A DNA stretch of 64,000 nucleotides from Octopus sinensis. Its lineage: Eukaryota. Numbering within the stretch: the stretch's first letter is position 1; the number at the start of each line of letters is the position of its first letter. The stretch is from positions 4,030,001 through 4,094,000 of the forward strand of contig NC_043010.1 in NCBI RefSeq assembly GCF_006345805.1, written 5' to 3'. Below, in pieces: positions 23,591 to 36,283 of this stretch. The position numbers were made by a program, and so were the translations under genes. The notes under the pieces were generated by a model. That model worked only from the letters and a program-made list of their open reading frames with translations, ran no database searches and had not been told where the DNA came from.

Positions 23591-24654
23591 GGGATTATTG
23601 TTTCTTATATAAGTGAAATAATGTATAATAGATACACGAGCAGAAAGAAAAAAATGTATAATGAATGCACAGACAAACAGAAAAATGTATATTGAGAGCA
23701 CAAACGGACAGAAGACCGACGTGGAAGGTCCCTAATTCTTCATCAGTTATCAACCAGATGGTATTACTCAGTTTTGCACCATTGTGTGTATGCAGACGCA
23801 CATGCACACGCACACACACACAGATATGTATAATCTTTGGAGCTGTTTTATTAACTACTGTTCCCAGGTTTAAGGAATTCAGGTAACTTTTTCTTCTAGT
23901 TAGCTTTTGATTGCTGTCAAGTGTACACTGTTCATGTCAATAAAATATACAGATTTGTAAGGTTGACCACACCTATGAAATGCTATCAAATATTTCAATA
24001 GGGTTAACCTTTTAGGAAGAGTAGTTATAAATTGTTATTCTGTATAATAAGTAGTATTCTATGAAAGTACCATCCGTACTTGACATAATTTCTTCTAATG
24101 GTACGAGAGCAAGTGTAAGTGTCTCATAATCATCTTTGTTGGATTATCAACAAAGTTACCTTTTGGGCACATGATTTCTTTTGCCTGGGACTCCATTTAA
24201 TTACATTTGTTTTCTCCTATGTATAAGAATAAGTGAGCAGAAATAACTATTGTTGGCTGAAAGATATTTTTATGATAGCAGCAGCCGAATATTTCTTGGA
24301 AGATTCACAGAATATTTTTGAATATTCTATTATTCTTGCAGTCATAATTATATGAAATGTTTTAAATTAACTAAATATTACTCAAATATTATTAAGTATG
24401 GAATGAGGCGGGGAGGATGTGTGGGGGTTTAATAAACACAAAATTTTGTACTGCATGTCATTATGAAGACACTGACATTTCTGTACATTGTTAATCTTTT
24501 GATGATATTAATCTCGCAAATATCAATATCAAAAATAAATAAATGTTGCTTTGCTTTTTTTTACTTTTTCCTAAAAAATTTTTAATTTTGAATATTGCTC
24601 AACACATAAAATTCTATTCATTTTAGATTGTGAGAAAATGCCTAGAATAGTTGT

Positions 24655-25167
24655 TTACTCTCTTTTACTCTCTTTTATTCTTTTACTTGTTTCAGTCATT
24701 TGACTGTGGCCATGCTGGAGCACCGCCTTTAGTCAGGCATATCAACCCCAGGACTTATTCTTTGTAAACCCAGTACTTATTCTATCGGTCTCTTTTGCCA
24801 AACCGCTAAGTGACGGGGACGTAAACACACCAGCATTGGTTGTCAAGCAATGCTAGGGGGACAATCACACAAACACATACACACACACATACACATATAT
24901 ACGACAGGCTTCTTCCAGCATCGGTTGTTAAGCAATGCTAGGGGGACAAACACAGACACACAAACATACACACACATACATATATATATATAAACATATA
25001 TATGACGGGCTTCTTTCAGTTTTCATCTACCATATCCACTCACAAGGCTTTGGTCGACCTGAGGCTATAGCAGAAGACACTTGCCCAAGGTGCCACGCAG
25101 TGGGACTGAACCTGTAACTATGTGGTTGGTTAGCAAGCTACTTACCACACAGCCACTCCTGTGCCTA
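24655..25167 (-). mobile_element. SINE family B (tRNA head, CORE-like box, central microsatellite) with an internal duplication
   Basis: Head AGGCACAGGAGTGGCTGTGTGGTAAG; TTGGGCAAGTGTCTTC box; tail GAAACAAGTAAAAGA. The central GCAATGCTAGGGGGACAA block is present twice. Confidence 0.9.
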
Positions 25168-25822
25168 TTGTTGTTTATTATTTTTTTTTCCTCTCTGAGG
25201 CACTATTGACAAAGTTGCCAGAAGATTACTAGATTTACAACATAAATGAGATTTTATAACACCCCCACCCATAAAAAAAGGTTTCGACTGCTGATAAAAT
25301 TAAAATAAACTTTTTGAAGAAAATTAACGGCAGAGACTAGAGATTAGAATTTGATTTGGACAGTCAGTGATAATGGAATAAAGAGAGAATAATACTTATC
25401 AAGATCATTCGCATTTATTTGAAGTTTTGTTGATTTTTGTGTTTTCTTGTCATTTCTATGAAAAGACAGTAACATCTTCACTTGGAGAAGAATAACAAGA
25501 AGACAGGAGGACTTATCAGTTGCCACTCAGCAAGCACAGCTTACAATAATACTTGTTTGTTTTAAACAAAGAGTTCTATGAACAGTAGGTCATGCTGAGA
25601 AATCATGACAATGAGGGTTTAAAGAATATTATTGTTTACACTCTTAACATTTCTAATGTAATCACTATTTATATAACATATATATATGTTTAATTTGTTT
25701 GTCTTTTAACATTTCTATTAAATAATCTGCTACATTTCCTCTTCTCTGCTTGTGGCACTATTATCATTCCAATCAGAATCACTGTCAATTGAGTTTATAT
25801 TTTTGTACTGAGATGCACAGCG

Positions 25823-25864
<42 letters not shown>

Positions 25865-26552
25865 AAGAGAGAGGGAGGCTGGAGAGACAAAAATAACAAG
25901 AAAACAAAACCAATCAAAAGAAGAAAACATAATATGCATGTGTAACTTCAATGCTGCTATAACTAATGAGTTGTTTGAAATGTTGTTCAAAACTAATTGG
26001 GATGAAATTTCATGAAATGTAATTTGCCAGAGCGTCACTATGCAGACTAACTACAATGTATTGTCTTATCTAAATTATGACTATAAATTACACTGTATTT
26101 ATTAATAGGATAGAAATGCAGTGCAGTATTAATTTCTTACGTTGGAACATGGCCAGAACTTTGCAAGAGATGAGGTATAGTCAATTTCAGATTTGATTAA
26201 CCCCAATACGAAGTTGGTATTTATTTTATCGATTTTGGTTGTATGAAATAACATGAACTCTGAAGGAGGTTGAACACATGAAATATAGAGTTTTATATAT
26301 ATATAAAAAAAAAATACTCTCGGCAAAGGGTTCTGCCTGATACATTATTGTTTTTCCTCTCTGTCATGGCAAATCACTGTCGATGTTGACCATCAGCACT
26401 AGACATTCTATTGTTAATGTCTAAAAACAAATAGTTAGTTGTCGGTGAGCCTCAAGTTGGCCCTGGTTGAGTATACCTAGGATAAAATGTATTCCAGCTC
26501 TGATAGTCCTGTATTCTTATGTAGCCACAACTACATTACCCATTGTGTCCTC

Positions 26553-26703
26553 CAGTTTCCGTCTACCAAATCCACTCGCAAGGCTTTGGTCAGCTCGGGG
26601 CTATAGTAGAAGACACTTGCCCAAGATGCCACGCAGTGGGACTGAACCCGAAACCATGTGGTTGGTAAGCAAGCTACTTACCACACAGCCACTCCTGCGC
26701 CTA
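26553..26703 (-). mobile_element. SINE family B, 5' half
   Basis: Near-identical to the heads of the 43170 and 45908 copies. Confidence 0.85.
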
Positions 26704-29487
26704 TTTATCTACTATTGTAGATAAACCATGGTTCTATCTTGTCCATGATGATATGGTATAGTGGTTTATTGCACAGGGTGCAGTTGTTATTATAATTGTT
26801 TAACCCTAGACCAGCCCTGATTGAGCAATACTATGTTCAGGAAACATTCCAGTCATGACCATCTCCTTCCTAAGATGAGCTGTTTCCTTTGTTCAATGCA
26901 CTCAGAACCACGTTCTCCAACATTCCTCGTTTTATGAAATGGTTCAGAGGAAATTTAACTGCTATTTCTGAGAAGTTGAACAGCCACATTTCATTTTTAC
27001 TGTGTTTTCAAAAACGGTCAAAATACCATCTCTTAGACACCAACAGCGCCATTTAAAGAGAACCAACAATGGAAGATGCAGCTGCACATGTAACCAAAGA
27101 TTCACAACAGATCCTGTCTATGCTGCATCACCTTCTTTGTGCCACGATGAGTAAAGAAACTATTACAAATGACAAATGTTAGACGACCACAATAAATGAT
27201 TACAAAGAAACTGACACAAAGGTACTGAGAAGGCATCCAAGACATTATACAGTATGGGTAGCAGAGAATACTAAAAATCAACAAACAGTGCAAATAGAAT
27301 CTTTTTTATTAGTAAATGAAGGGAGGTTAGAATGACATTTGTGGACCATCCCTGATTGTTGAGAAAAATTAGTGTTGATCTCCAGCTAGAACTTGTTGCC
27401 ATGTTGAAAAAGAAGTAGGAATAGGGAAAAATTCTTTTGGTCTGCATTTCCTATTGAGTACATGCTTGAGCAGAGAGGCTTTTGTGGGATGATACACTAG
27501 GAATGTTGAGAGTAGAGGCAGATAAATAAGAAGAACTTGGGTAGAAGTATATTATGTAACCTACTGCTTCAGAGAAGCAGATATGCATAGCAAAGGTAGA
27601 AGCAGAAAGAACTGATTTTCATATGAATGTCAGTGTGCTTCTCCTAGCTTTTAATATACATGCTAAATGTTCAAGTGCTGGATTTGATTCAGGAATGTAA
27701 AAAAAAAAAGTGTTCTCTGTCAGTTTTAGTGATGACTATTTAGTTGTTACATCATAAAATTACCACATAAGTGTCTGAATATTCCACACACTCATGTACA
27801 CTAAATACGAACCACAGACAAAATCAGCATGGCATAGTGTGCCAAGGTTGTGCCTCTGAATTTATCCAATAGATTTTCACACTGTTTCTGTGTATCTAAT
27901 TTCATCCGTAAGGCTTTATTGGTAAACCTGAGATTGACCACCATACATCCAGTCTTTTTTGTGATGTAATGGCTTTTGTGCCTCAGTAACCCTTCCCCAA
28001 GAGCTATGTCAACAGGACACAAGCTCTTGGTAGAGCTTCCCACACTGGACAGAACAAAGGATAGAGTCCAGATTAATATGGACCACCTCTTCCCAGAGGT
28101 AAAAATTAGTTTGCTGGAGCCAACATCCTTACTTAGAAAAAAAAAAGTAAGTTACAGGAACATTGATGACAATTCAAAATCCCCAAGATTTGGAAAAGGG
28201 CAGCCCTGAGTCAAAAACAGTAGAGAAAAATCATGGATGGCCTATGTTCCATAGGGAGCAAGGTGTTTAACTGAGACTTGAATTATGGTAAAAGACAGCT
28301 ACCCAACTTGCATTGCAGTGGGATCAAATTTGGGACACCATGACGGTGATCTGGATGTCTTAATGAACAGAAATTTATGGACACCACATGCAGACCAAGG
28401 GAAGTGTTAAAAGATTTAAGTCACACCTAAGAAGACTTGACCCCATACCTTAGATTATATTTGATCAAAGTGCATTGGTATATATTTTGACATGTAGTGG
28501 GTGAGGATAGTGCTATTGGGATATTGGTGTTAGCAGGTCTGATATTAGCAAGTTTATTGAACCTCAGTGGCTTATTTGATTTACATTATTTTTGAGTTGA
28601 AAAGAATATATTACTGCAAGAAATTAACTTTAATAAAAGTAATTTGTACTTCATTAAGTTATATAAATAAACAGTAAAAAACATTGTTAATTACCATGCC
28701 AAAGTTTTAGAAATATAATGGAGTTTAATAATTATTAGTGGAACACACATCAAAATTTTCCATAACTCTGATTTGTCTAGACTGAAATTTGAAAGATGGG
28801 TTCCCAAATAAATGCATTAGTCAAACACGAAACCATTATTTAGTATTTAAAAAAAAAAGTTTGGATATGCTTTAAGTATTTTTATGTGTGTGATTAGCAG
28901 TAACTCAGTAATGTGTGTGACCTTTGCTTATTAGTGAATGAGTTGTGCAATGAAGATGACATAATTGTTTTGCCATTTTTAACATAGCTAATATGTGTCT
29001 CTTCTCAGTTAAATGCACCACAAGATCATGACAATTAGTATACTAGTAGAATGGTATTTGTTCCATGATTGGCATATATGATCTGTTATTAGTTTGCTTC
29101 ACTTCATGTACCCTTGAATCATTGTCTTACAGAGCTGGACAAAAATCACACGTTTTCTCCTACCTTATGTTTCTTACATTTTCTCTTATTTTGTGCATTT
29201 TACTTATATCTCTGGCATCAACCAAAGGCTCATCTTGACTATATTTAGTTAGAGCTATCCTTATTTTACATCCCACCAAGAAATGTATTCAGCTAAAATT
29301 ATTATTTAATTAAACTGACAATTGTTTTTAAAGTTATTTCGTTATTTTTCATAAATATCTATTGAGCCTGAGAAGACAAAGCAAAAAATATCTTCTCTTT
29401 TCATACATTTCTGTTCCTCTGTTATTGACACCTCACTCATTTACTCTCTCTGCATATGTATGTGTGTGTGTACATCCCTCCCTACAT

Positions 29488-29525
<38 letters not shown>

Positions 29526-30083
29526 CACAACACAAGTATGTATATATATATATTTCTCAGGATTTTGACAAATACAGTTATTAATACAGTTAAATTCAAT
29601 GCTTTCATAGAGACCTTGAAAACATTTGGCAAAGTGTACACGTCAACCTTGTCTATTCAATAGCACCGAGTCACAACAACAAACCAATTAAAGATACTTA
29701 TGCCATGACATCTTTTCCATTCAAGAACAAAACAGAGCTAAAGGTCTCAAAGTTTCCACAAATGTTAGGCTTCATGATATCTGTTGACCTTTCGTGGAAG
29801 CCACAACTCTATCAAATGACTAAGGTTGCATCTCAAAGGTTACACTTTCAGTAAGGCTCTGAAACGTCGGTTGCTTTTTATAAGGAACAAGTACATTCCC
29901 CACATTAAAGTAAGTCCTCATATCTGATATACGTATAATGAACACAAACATTCTGGACTATATTAGATGTATATAGGTATGTTTTGTTCGCCAATGGGCT
30001 TAATAACTTACCACACCCCTATCATCTTCTCTGTAAAAACACAAAGCAGATGTGTGTGTGTGTGTGAGTGTGTGTGTGTGTGT

Positions 30084-30128
<45 letters not shown>

Positions 30129-30985
30129 GTGTGTGTTAAATTTATACATACGTTATGTATATATTTCATCAGTAACCAGTTTATGATCATATCTGTATCC
30201 TGTATCTTTGAAAAATCTTTAAATTACTTTTGTATTCTATATCATATACCCTGATGTATTAACTCTGTTTCATTTAATACATCCTATTACATTATATGTC
30301 TACACCAGTGCAGTCATGAAAGACAATTTGAAAAGGCAGCTCTGTATTAGAAGCATTAATCATTGCTTATAACAGTTAATGTCTTTTATGCACAGGTGCT
30401 TTCTCAATTCACTGGCACTCATTCTTTCTCTAATGTTCTGGTTGCACAAGCAAGAGATCATGCTTAACTTCCCTCTTTAAGAAGCTATAGATCCAAAACA
30501 ATGTTTATTATATATAAACCCACTTCTGGTACGTGCATCGTATAGTCCATCCTTTAAAGAAAAGAGAGTCATTTTGTTGCCATCAAAATAAATTGTTCTG
30601 TAAATTTTTTCCACTTACTAAGACTGTAAAACTGTTTAAACCCTTCTAAAGAAGTGAAAATTTTACTATTATTCAGAGATGTATCAGTTCAGACATTGAA
30701 TGTTCATGCTATTAGCTGTGTATATGTGGCACTTACGAGTGCTGGTTTTTGGTTAGTTTCCATGAGATCCCATTACATCTGTTATGTGTCTGCTGCTGGT
30801 TGAACTTATAAGCAATAATTGTTTAGCTGCACAGTTCCAGTAATTAATATGAACATTTATCTGATGCTACTGGACTTTGGAGATAGCAGCTGTTAACTTC
30901 AAATATATTTTACTCTTAGGTTTCAAACATCTTCTGCAGTTCTTATATTGATTCTGTTTTAAGAAATATTACGGTTAGTACCAAA

Positions 30986-31217
30986 AGGCGGAGAGCTGGT
31001 AGAAACGTTAGCATGTCGGGCGAAATGCTTAGCGGTATTTCGTCTGCCGTTACGTTGTAAGTTCAAATTCCGCCGAGGTCGACTTTACCTTTCATCCTTT
31101 CGGGGTCGATAAATTAAGTACCAGTTACGCACTGGAGTCAATGTAATCGACTTAATACCTATGTCTGTCCTTGTTTGTCCCTTCTATGTTTAGCCCCTTG
31201 TGGGTAATAAAGAAATA
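30986..31217 (+). mobile_element. SINE family A, young copy
   Basis: 13-bp TSD GGTTAGTACCAAA at 30973-85 and 31218-30; close to 542-775. Confidence 0.92.
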
Positions 31218-31529
31218 GGTTAGTACCAAATTTTCTCACTAAGTTAGTTTCATGAAAAAGAATAAAACTCTGCAGACTAAAGATAAATTCTGGGGAAACA
31301 GTTACCTAAATCTTATACTCATCACTGAATTAATTTCTTAACTCTTACCGTTTCCAGTTTCTTTATATATTGTGTAAACATTTTGTCAAGATTTTATTAG
31401 TAGACCCCTCAAATACTTAACTTTTATACCTGCCAATCTCTTCAGTGCAACATTTTCTCCCGTTACAGGGATTTTACCACGATTTGTGTAAACATGATAG
31501 TATCACTCATCTTCAAGAACATTCACTTT

Positions 31530-32400
31530 AATACTGATAACTACTGACCTATTCTGATTTCAACATCTCAAAGACATTGGAGACACTGGAAAGAACCACC
31601 GACTTCATTACATTGCTTCTCTCCTTTCTCACCGGTCAGGTTTCTGTTGAGTGAGTGAATTTCTCTCTTAGAATACACCAGTGTCTTTTCACCTTCAAAA
31701 ACTTTGACTTCAGCAAAACCTTCAAAAATATCTGACTGGTATGGGAACATTCTAACAAACTAGTCTGCTTATGGACGACATCTATCTCTAAACTCTTACA
31801 TTACTGTTTTAACATCAGAACATTCTATTGTTCTTTATGCTGATGGATATCTCTTATTTACATTCTAACACGACTGGTAGTGCATGTACTCAAATGGGTT
31901 ATTTTATGTCACTGGTACTTTTCTTTCTGTTCATAAAGGACATAGCTTCTATTTTCTGTCTAACAACAAACATTACTTTATATAAATAGTATCTTTCACT
32001 CCTTCTTAACTTCTCACCTACAGAAGCATCATCTATATGCTACCTGGACACCTCATGCCAGATTTACCTTGTTTCTTTTCACAGTGACTAAAAACACCCT
32101 TCAATGGAAATATGACAAGTAAGACCTTTAACTGTCACCATAAATTTATTCTTGCACACATCACAGAAATAAAATAATTATCATTCATATCAAAGCAACA
32201 ATCTTGAACCAGATTGTTTAAACACCTGAACAATGGATAACTAAAGCTTCCAACATCACTGCTAATGTTAATGTATGGAACCTGTATATTTCACATGCAT
32301 AACATTGTCAAAACTGTAATCCAAATACTAATTTTTCTGTCATTGCCAGAAACTACACCTCAAGTGTAGGCCAACTTGAGTATTCTTATTATCCTTTGTA
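31530..32400 (+). mobile_element. Decayed CR1/L2-like LINE reverse transcriptase fragment
   Basis: Remnants resembling NYRPIS, DFSK.F...WEH..KL.AYG and LF.LFI.DI in broken frames. Confidence 0.55.
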
Positions 32401-33410
32401 ATTTTTAGTCCTTATATCCCATATTAAACATTTTCTAAACCATCTTCCTCAGACCTGCAACTGTCTTCAGCAAACCTCTACCATCTACACTTTTACTGCA
32501 ATTATTGGCTTCTAGAAGTTAATACTGAACATAAACCATATCGATCTCACCAACCTGGGTAGGTCTATCTCATGCCATGGGCACTACTCTTCATCTCTGA
32601 TTAATTAATAATAATAAAAAATCTCCCATTAATGGCTTTCTATTTGTGAATTTCTTGAAGGTGAAAAAATATTGCAGCACTGATTGTACGTAGTGGAAAA
32701 AATAAAACTGCATTTTTAAAATTTTTTATTTGTTATGCTCTCAATACATTCTTTTAATTATTTAGTTTATTAGTATTATTCTACTACAGTTTTTTTTCAT
32801 AGTATATGGGTGTGTTTTTATTATTGCATGTTTTTATTATTTCATTAGCTTATTTTTTTAGCTGGGCAGTTAAAAATCCTTCTGCAAGTCACTGGAAATG
32901 GTAATTCTTACTCAGTGCAGTTGAGGGTTGTTATTTATACTTATTTCAGTTATGACCAATCATAAAGCTACTTGAAATAGTCAACCAAATCTCCATCATA
33001 CCATTTCTTACAATCTTAAAAACGGATTCGTTGCATAATGAAATCATTGATACATTATGCCTGAAGAAATAAAACCAAAAATGAAGATAGGCATGGCTAG
33101 ACTGCCTTTGATCATGGGACTATTTGATCAGGACTGGCTGGTGTGGGACTGAAAAACACAATAACTATTTTCATTTTTTGACTCAGCAGTTGTTAATGTT
33201 GTTTAGTCCAAGATCAACCATGATCAAAGCATTCCAACAGTGGCCATACCAACTTTTCAGTAGCTATATGTAGGACTAGGAATACATCTTCAAAAGTATT
33301 TTTCCTGATTTAAGATTGCTATGCTTTTATTGAAGAAATGTTTTAGTTGTAATATGTACTTGCATACACATGAATAGTATGAGCCAGTTCATGTGTGCAC
33401 GTTTCAAAGT

Positions 33411-35216
33411 GGAGAGATGTGGCTGTGTGGTAAGAAGCTTGCTTCCCAACCACATGGTTCCAGGTTCAATCTCACTGCATGGCACTTTAGGCAAGTGTCT
33501 TCTATTATAGCTTTGGACTGACCAAAGCCCTGTGAATGAATTTGGTAGATGGAAATTGAAAGAAACCTGCTATCTATCTATCTGTCTATCTGTCTGCCTC
33601 TATATCATCATCATCATTTAACGTCCGCTTTCCATGCTAGCATGGGTTGGACGGTTCAACTGGGGTCTGGGGAGCCTGAAGGCTGCACCAGTCCAGTCAG
33701 ATCTGGCAGTGTTTCTACAGCTGGATGCCCTTCCTAACGCCAACCACTCCGAGAGTGTAGTGGGTGATTTTATGTGCCACCGACACAGTGCCAGACGAGG
33801 CTGGCAAACGGCCACACTCGGATGGTGTTTTTATGTGCCACCGACACAGGTGCCAGACGAGGCTGGCAGACGGCCATGCTCGGATGGTGTTTTTATGTGC
33901 CACCGACACAGGTGCCAGATGAGGCTGGCAAACGGCCACGATCGGATGGTGTTTGTTACGTGCCCACAGCACGGAGGCCAGTCAATGCGGTACTGGCTAC
34001 GGCCACGTTCAGATGGTTTTCTTGTGTGCCACGTGCCACCGGCACTGGTACCACAAAGATACAAATTCCATTGATGTTCATCTATTTTGATTTGTTTTGA
34101 TTTTGACTTGCCTCAACAGGTCTTCACAAGTGTCACAAGAAGGAAGGTAAGCACAGGTGGACTGACTACGTCCCAGGTAGGGGCCACGGGTTATGGCCTG
34201 ACTAGTCTTGCCGGGTCTTCGGATGGTGTTTTTATGTGCCACCGACATAGGTGCCAGATGAGGCTGGCGAACGGCCACGATCGGATGGTGTTTGTTACGT
34301 GCCCACAGCACGGAGGCCAGTCAATGCAGTACTGGCTACGGCCATGTTCGGATGGTTTTCTTGTGTGCCACCGGCACTGGTACCACAAAGATACAAATTC
34401 CATTAATGTTCATCTATTTTGATTTGTTTTGATTTGATTTGATTTTGATTTTGACTTGCCTCAACAGGTCTTCACAAGTGTCACAAGAAGGAAGGTATGC
34501 ACAGGTGGACTGACTACGTCCCAGGTAGGGGCCATGGGTTATGGCCTGACTAGTCTTGCCGGGTCTTCGGATGGTGTTTTTATGTGCCACCGACACAGGT
34601 GCTAGATGAGGCTGGCGAACGGCCACGATCGGATGGTGTTTGTTATGTGCCCACAGCACGATGGCCAGTCGATGCGGTACTGACTACGGCCACGTTCGGA
34701 TGGATTTCTTGTGTGCCACCGGCACTGGTACCACAAAGATACAAATTCCATTGATGTTCATCTATTTTGATTTGATTTGACTTTCACTTGCCTCAACAGG
34801 TCTTCACAAGTGTCACAAGAAGGAAGGTATGCACAGGTGGACTGACTAGTCTTGCCGGATCTTCGGACTAGTCAGTCCACCTGTGCATAGGTGGACTATG
34901 CACAGGTGGACTGACTAGTGCATATGTATATATGTATATATGTATATATGTACATATGTATATATGTATATATATGTATATATGTATATATCTATGTGTG
35001 TGTGTGTGTGTCTGTATTTGTCTGCCTACAACACTTAACAACTGGTGGTGGTGTGTTTATGTCCCTGTAACTTAGTGGTTCAGCAAAAGATACTGATAGA
35101 ATAAGTACCAGGCTAAAAAGAGGAAGTCCTGTGTCAATTCATTTGACGAAAAATTCTTCAAGATAGTGCCCCAGCATGGCATTAGTTTCATGACTGAAAC
35201 CAGTAAAATATAAAAG
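33411..35216 (+). mobile_element. SINE family B split by an insertion in its central microsatellite
   Basis: 5' half at 33411-33570, 3' half at ~35000-35216, with the RTE-derived block between them. Confidence 0.8.
33602..34920 (-). mobile_element. RTE LINE 3'UTR with tandem amplification (~52-bp subrepeats; three ~340-bp units) and an inverted 5' junction
   Basis: (ATC)n tail at 33602 and homology to the 3'UTR at 17030-17462. Unit starts GGATGGTGTTTTTATGTGCCACCG near 33883, 34221 and 34569. 24-bp hairpin at 34828-34889. Confidence 0.85.
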
Positions 35217-35439
35217 ACACACACACACACATAGACTTCTGAACTAGTAATACAATACGTCCCAATTATAAGATATTCAATGATAAACTATAGGGTCTTC
35301 AGGTGACCAAAGTACATATACTTATTTCATTATTATTGAGAGAGAGAGGAAGACAACCAAGGAATTGCAGAAAATTATGGGAATTGGGTCAGTTATGGCT
35401 GTTGTGAAGAACACTGAGATGGTTGGGTTATGTGTCTTG

Positions 35440-35700
35440 GAACTCTTTGAGTTTAAATCTGTAATTAATAGCATGTATTCCAGTATGAAATTTACACTAG
35501 AATATAGTCAAAAACAGCTCCCCATTTTTGACATCATGATTACAAAAAGAGATATGGACATTGAAAGTGACATCTACTTCGAATCAACAAACTCAAAACA
35601 ATGTCTGCTATTTTCTTCCTGCCAACCAGAAATATACAAAAACAATTTATTTTTTTAACCTGGCAAGAATAATCTGCACAATCCAGAAACCCGTGCAAAT
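35440..35700 (+). mobile_element. Penelope-like element reverse transcriptase C-terminal fragment
   Basis: MKFTLEYSQKQLPIFDIMITK..IESDIYFESTNSKQCLLFSSCQP..KNNL.FNLARIICTI follows the PLE pattern KFT.E...LPFLD...DIY.K.T...YL...SCHP....IP..LARRIC. Confidence 0.75.
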
Positions 35701-35760
35701 GACTTAACTCCAATAGTCCAAAAGTGTAACCGACCTAATTGCAGAATCTGCATCAATACC

Positions 35761-35992
35761 TATTTCTTTATTACCCACAAGGGGCTAAACACAGAGGGGA
35801 CAAACAAGGACAGACATAGGTATTAAGTTGATTACATCGACCCCAGTGCATAACTGGTACTTAATTTATCGACCCCGAAAGGATGAAAGGCAAAGTCAAC
35901 CTCGGCGGAATTCGAACTCACAATGTAACGCAGACGAAATACTGCTAAGCATTTTGCCCAGCATGCTAACATTTCTGCCAGTTCGCCGCCAT
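35761..35992 (-). mobile_element. SINE family A
   Basis: Reverse complement of 542-775. Confidence 0.9.
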
Positions 35993-36283
35993 TGAGAGTT
36001 CGATATATCATTTACCATAAAAAATCATATTACTTGTTCATCAAAAATTCTGTTATCAAATGCAATGGTTATCATGAGGATTACATAGAATAAATGGAAT
36101 TAACTTCGAAGCGCAAAATGATGGCCCACTATCAATAGATAAGACCCCAATACCAGAAAAATACCTGTGTGTAAACATTGGGTTCCTTGTCCAATCAAAC
36201 AAACATTTCAAAAGACCATCATTTACATTGGTGTATTGGGAACACCTCTGTCTGATTCAGGTTAAATAAAGGGTTTATTAAGA

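Noticed and set aside
27040-27065. CAGCGCCAT as a CTCF/CSE-like site
   Set aside because: Only a partial match with an AT-rich core, and 18 kb from the candidate promoter.
27960-28265. Possible further RTE 3' remnant (…MDGLCSIGS)
   Set aside because: Only the last few residues are recognisable; too weak to delimit.
29840-29875. GAAACGTCGG hammerhead-like fragment
   Set aside because: No CUGANGA core upstream; it lies in what looks like a CR1-type RT remnant (DLSWKPQ...ASQRL).
33770-34860. Regular repeats that superficially resemble a CRISPR array
   Set aside because: The intervening sequences repeat too (no unique spacers), the unit is homologous to the RTE 3'UTR, the context is eukaryotic and there are no cas genes.
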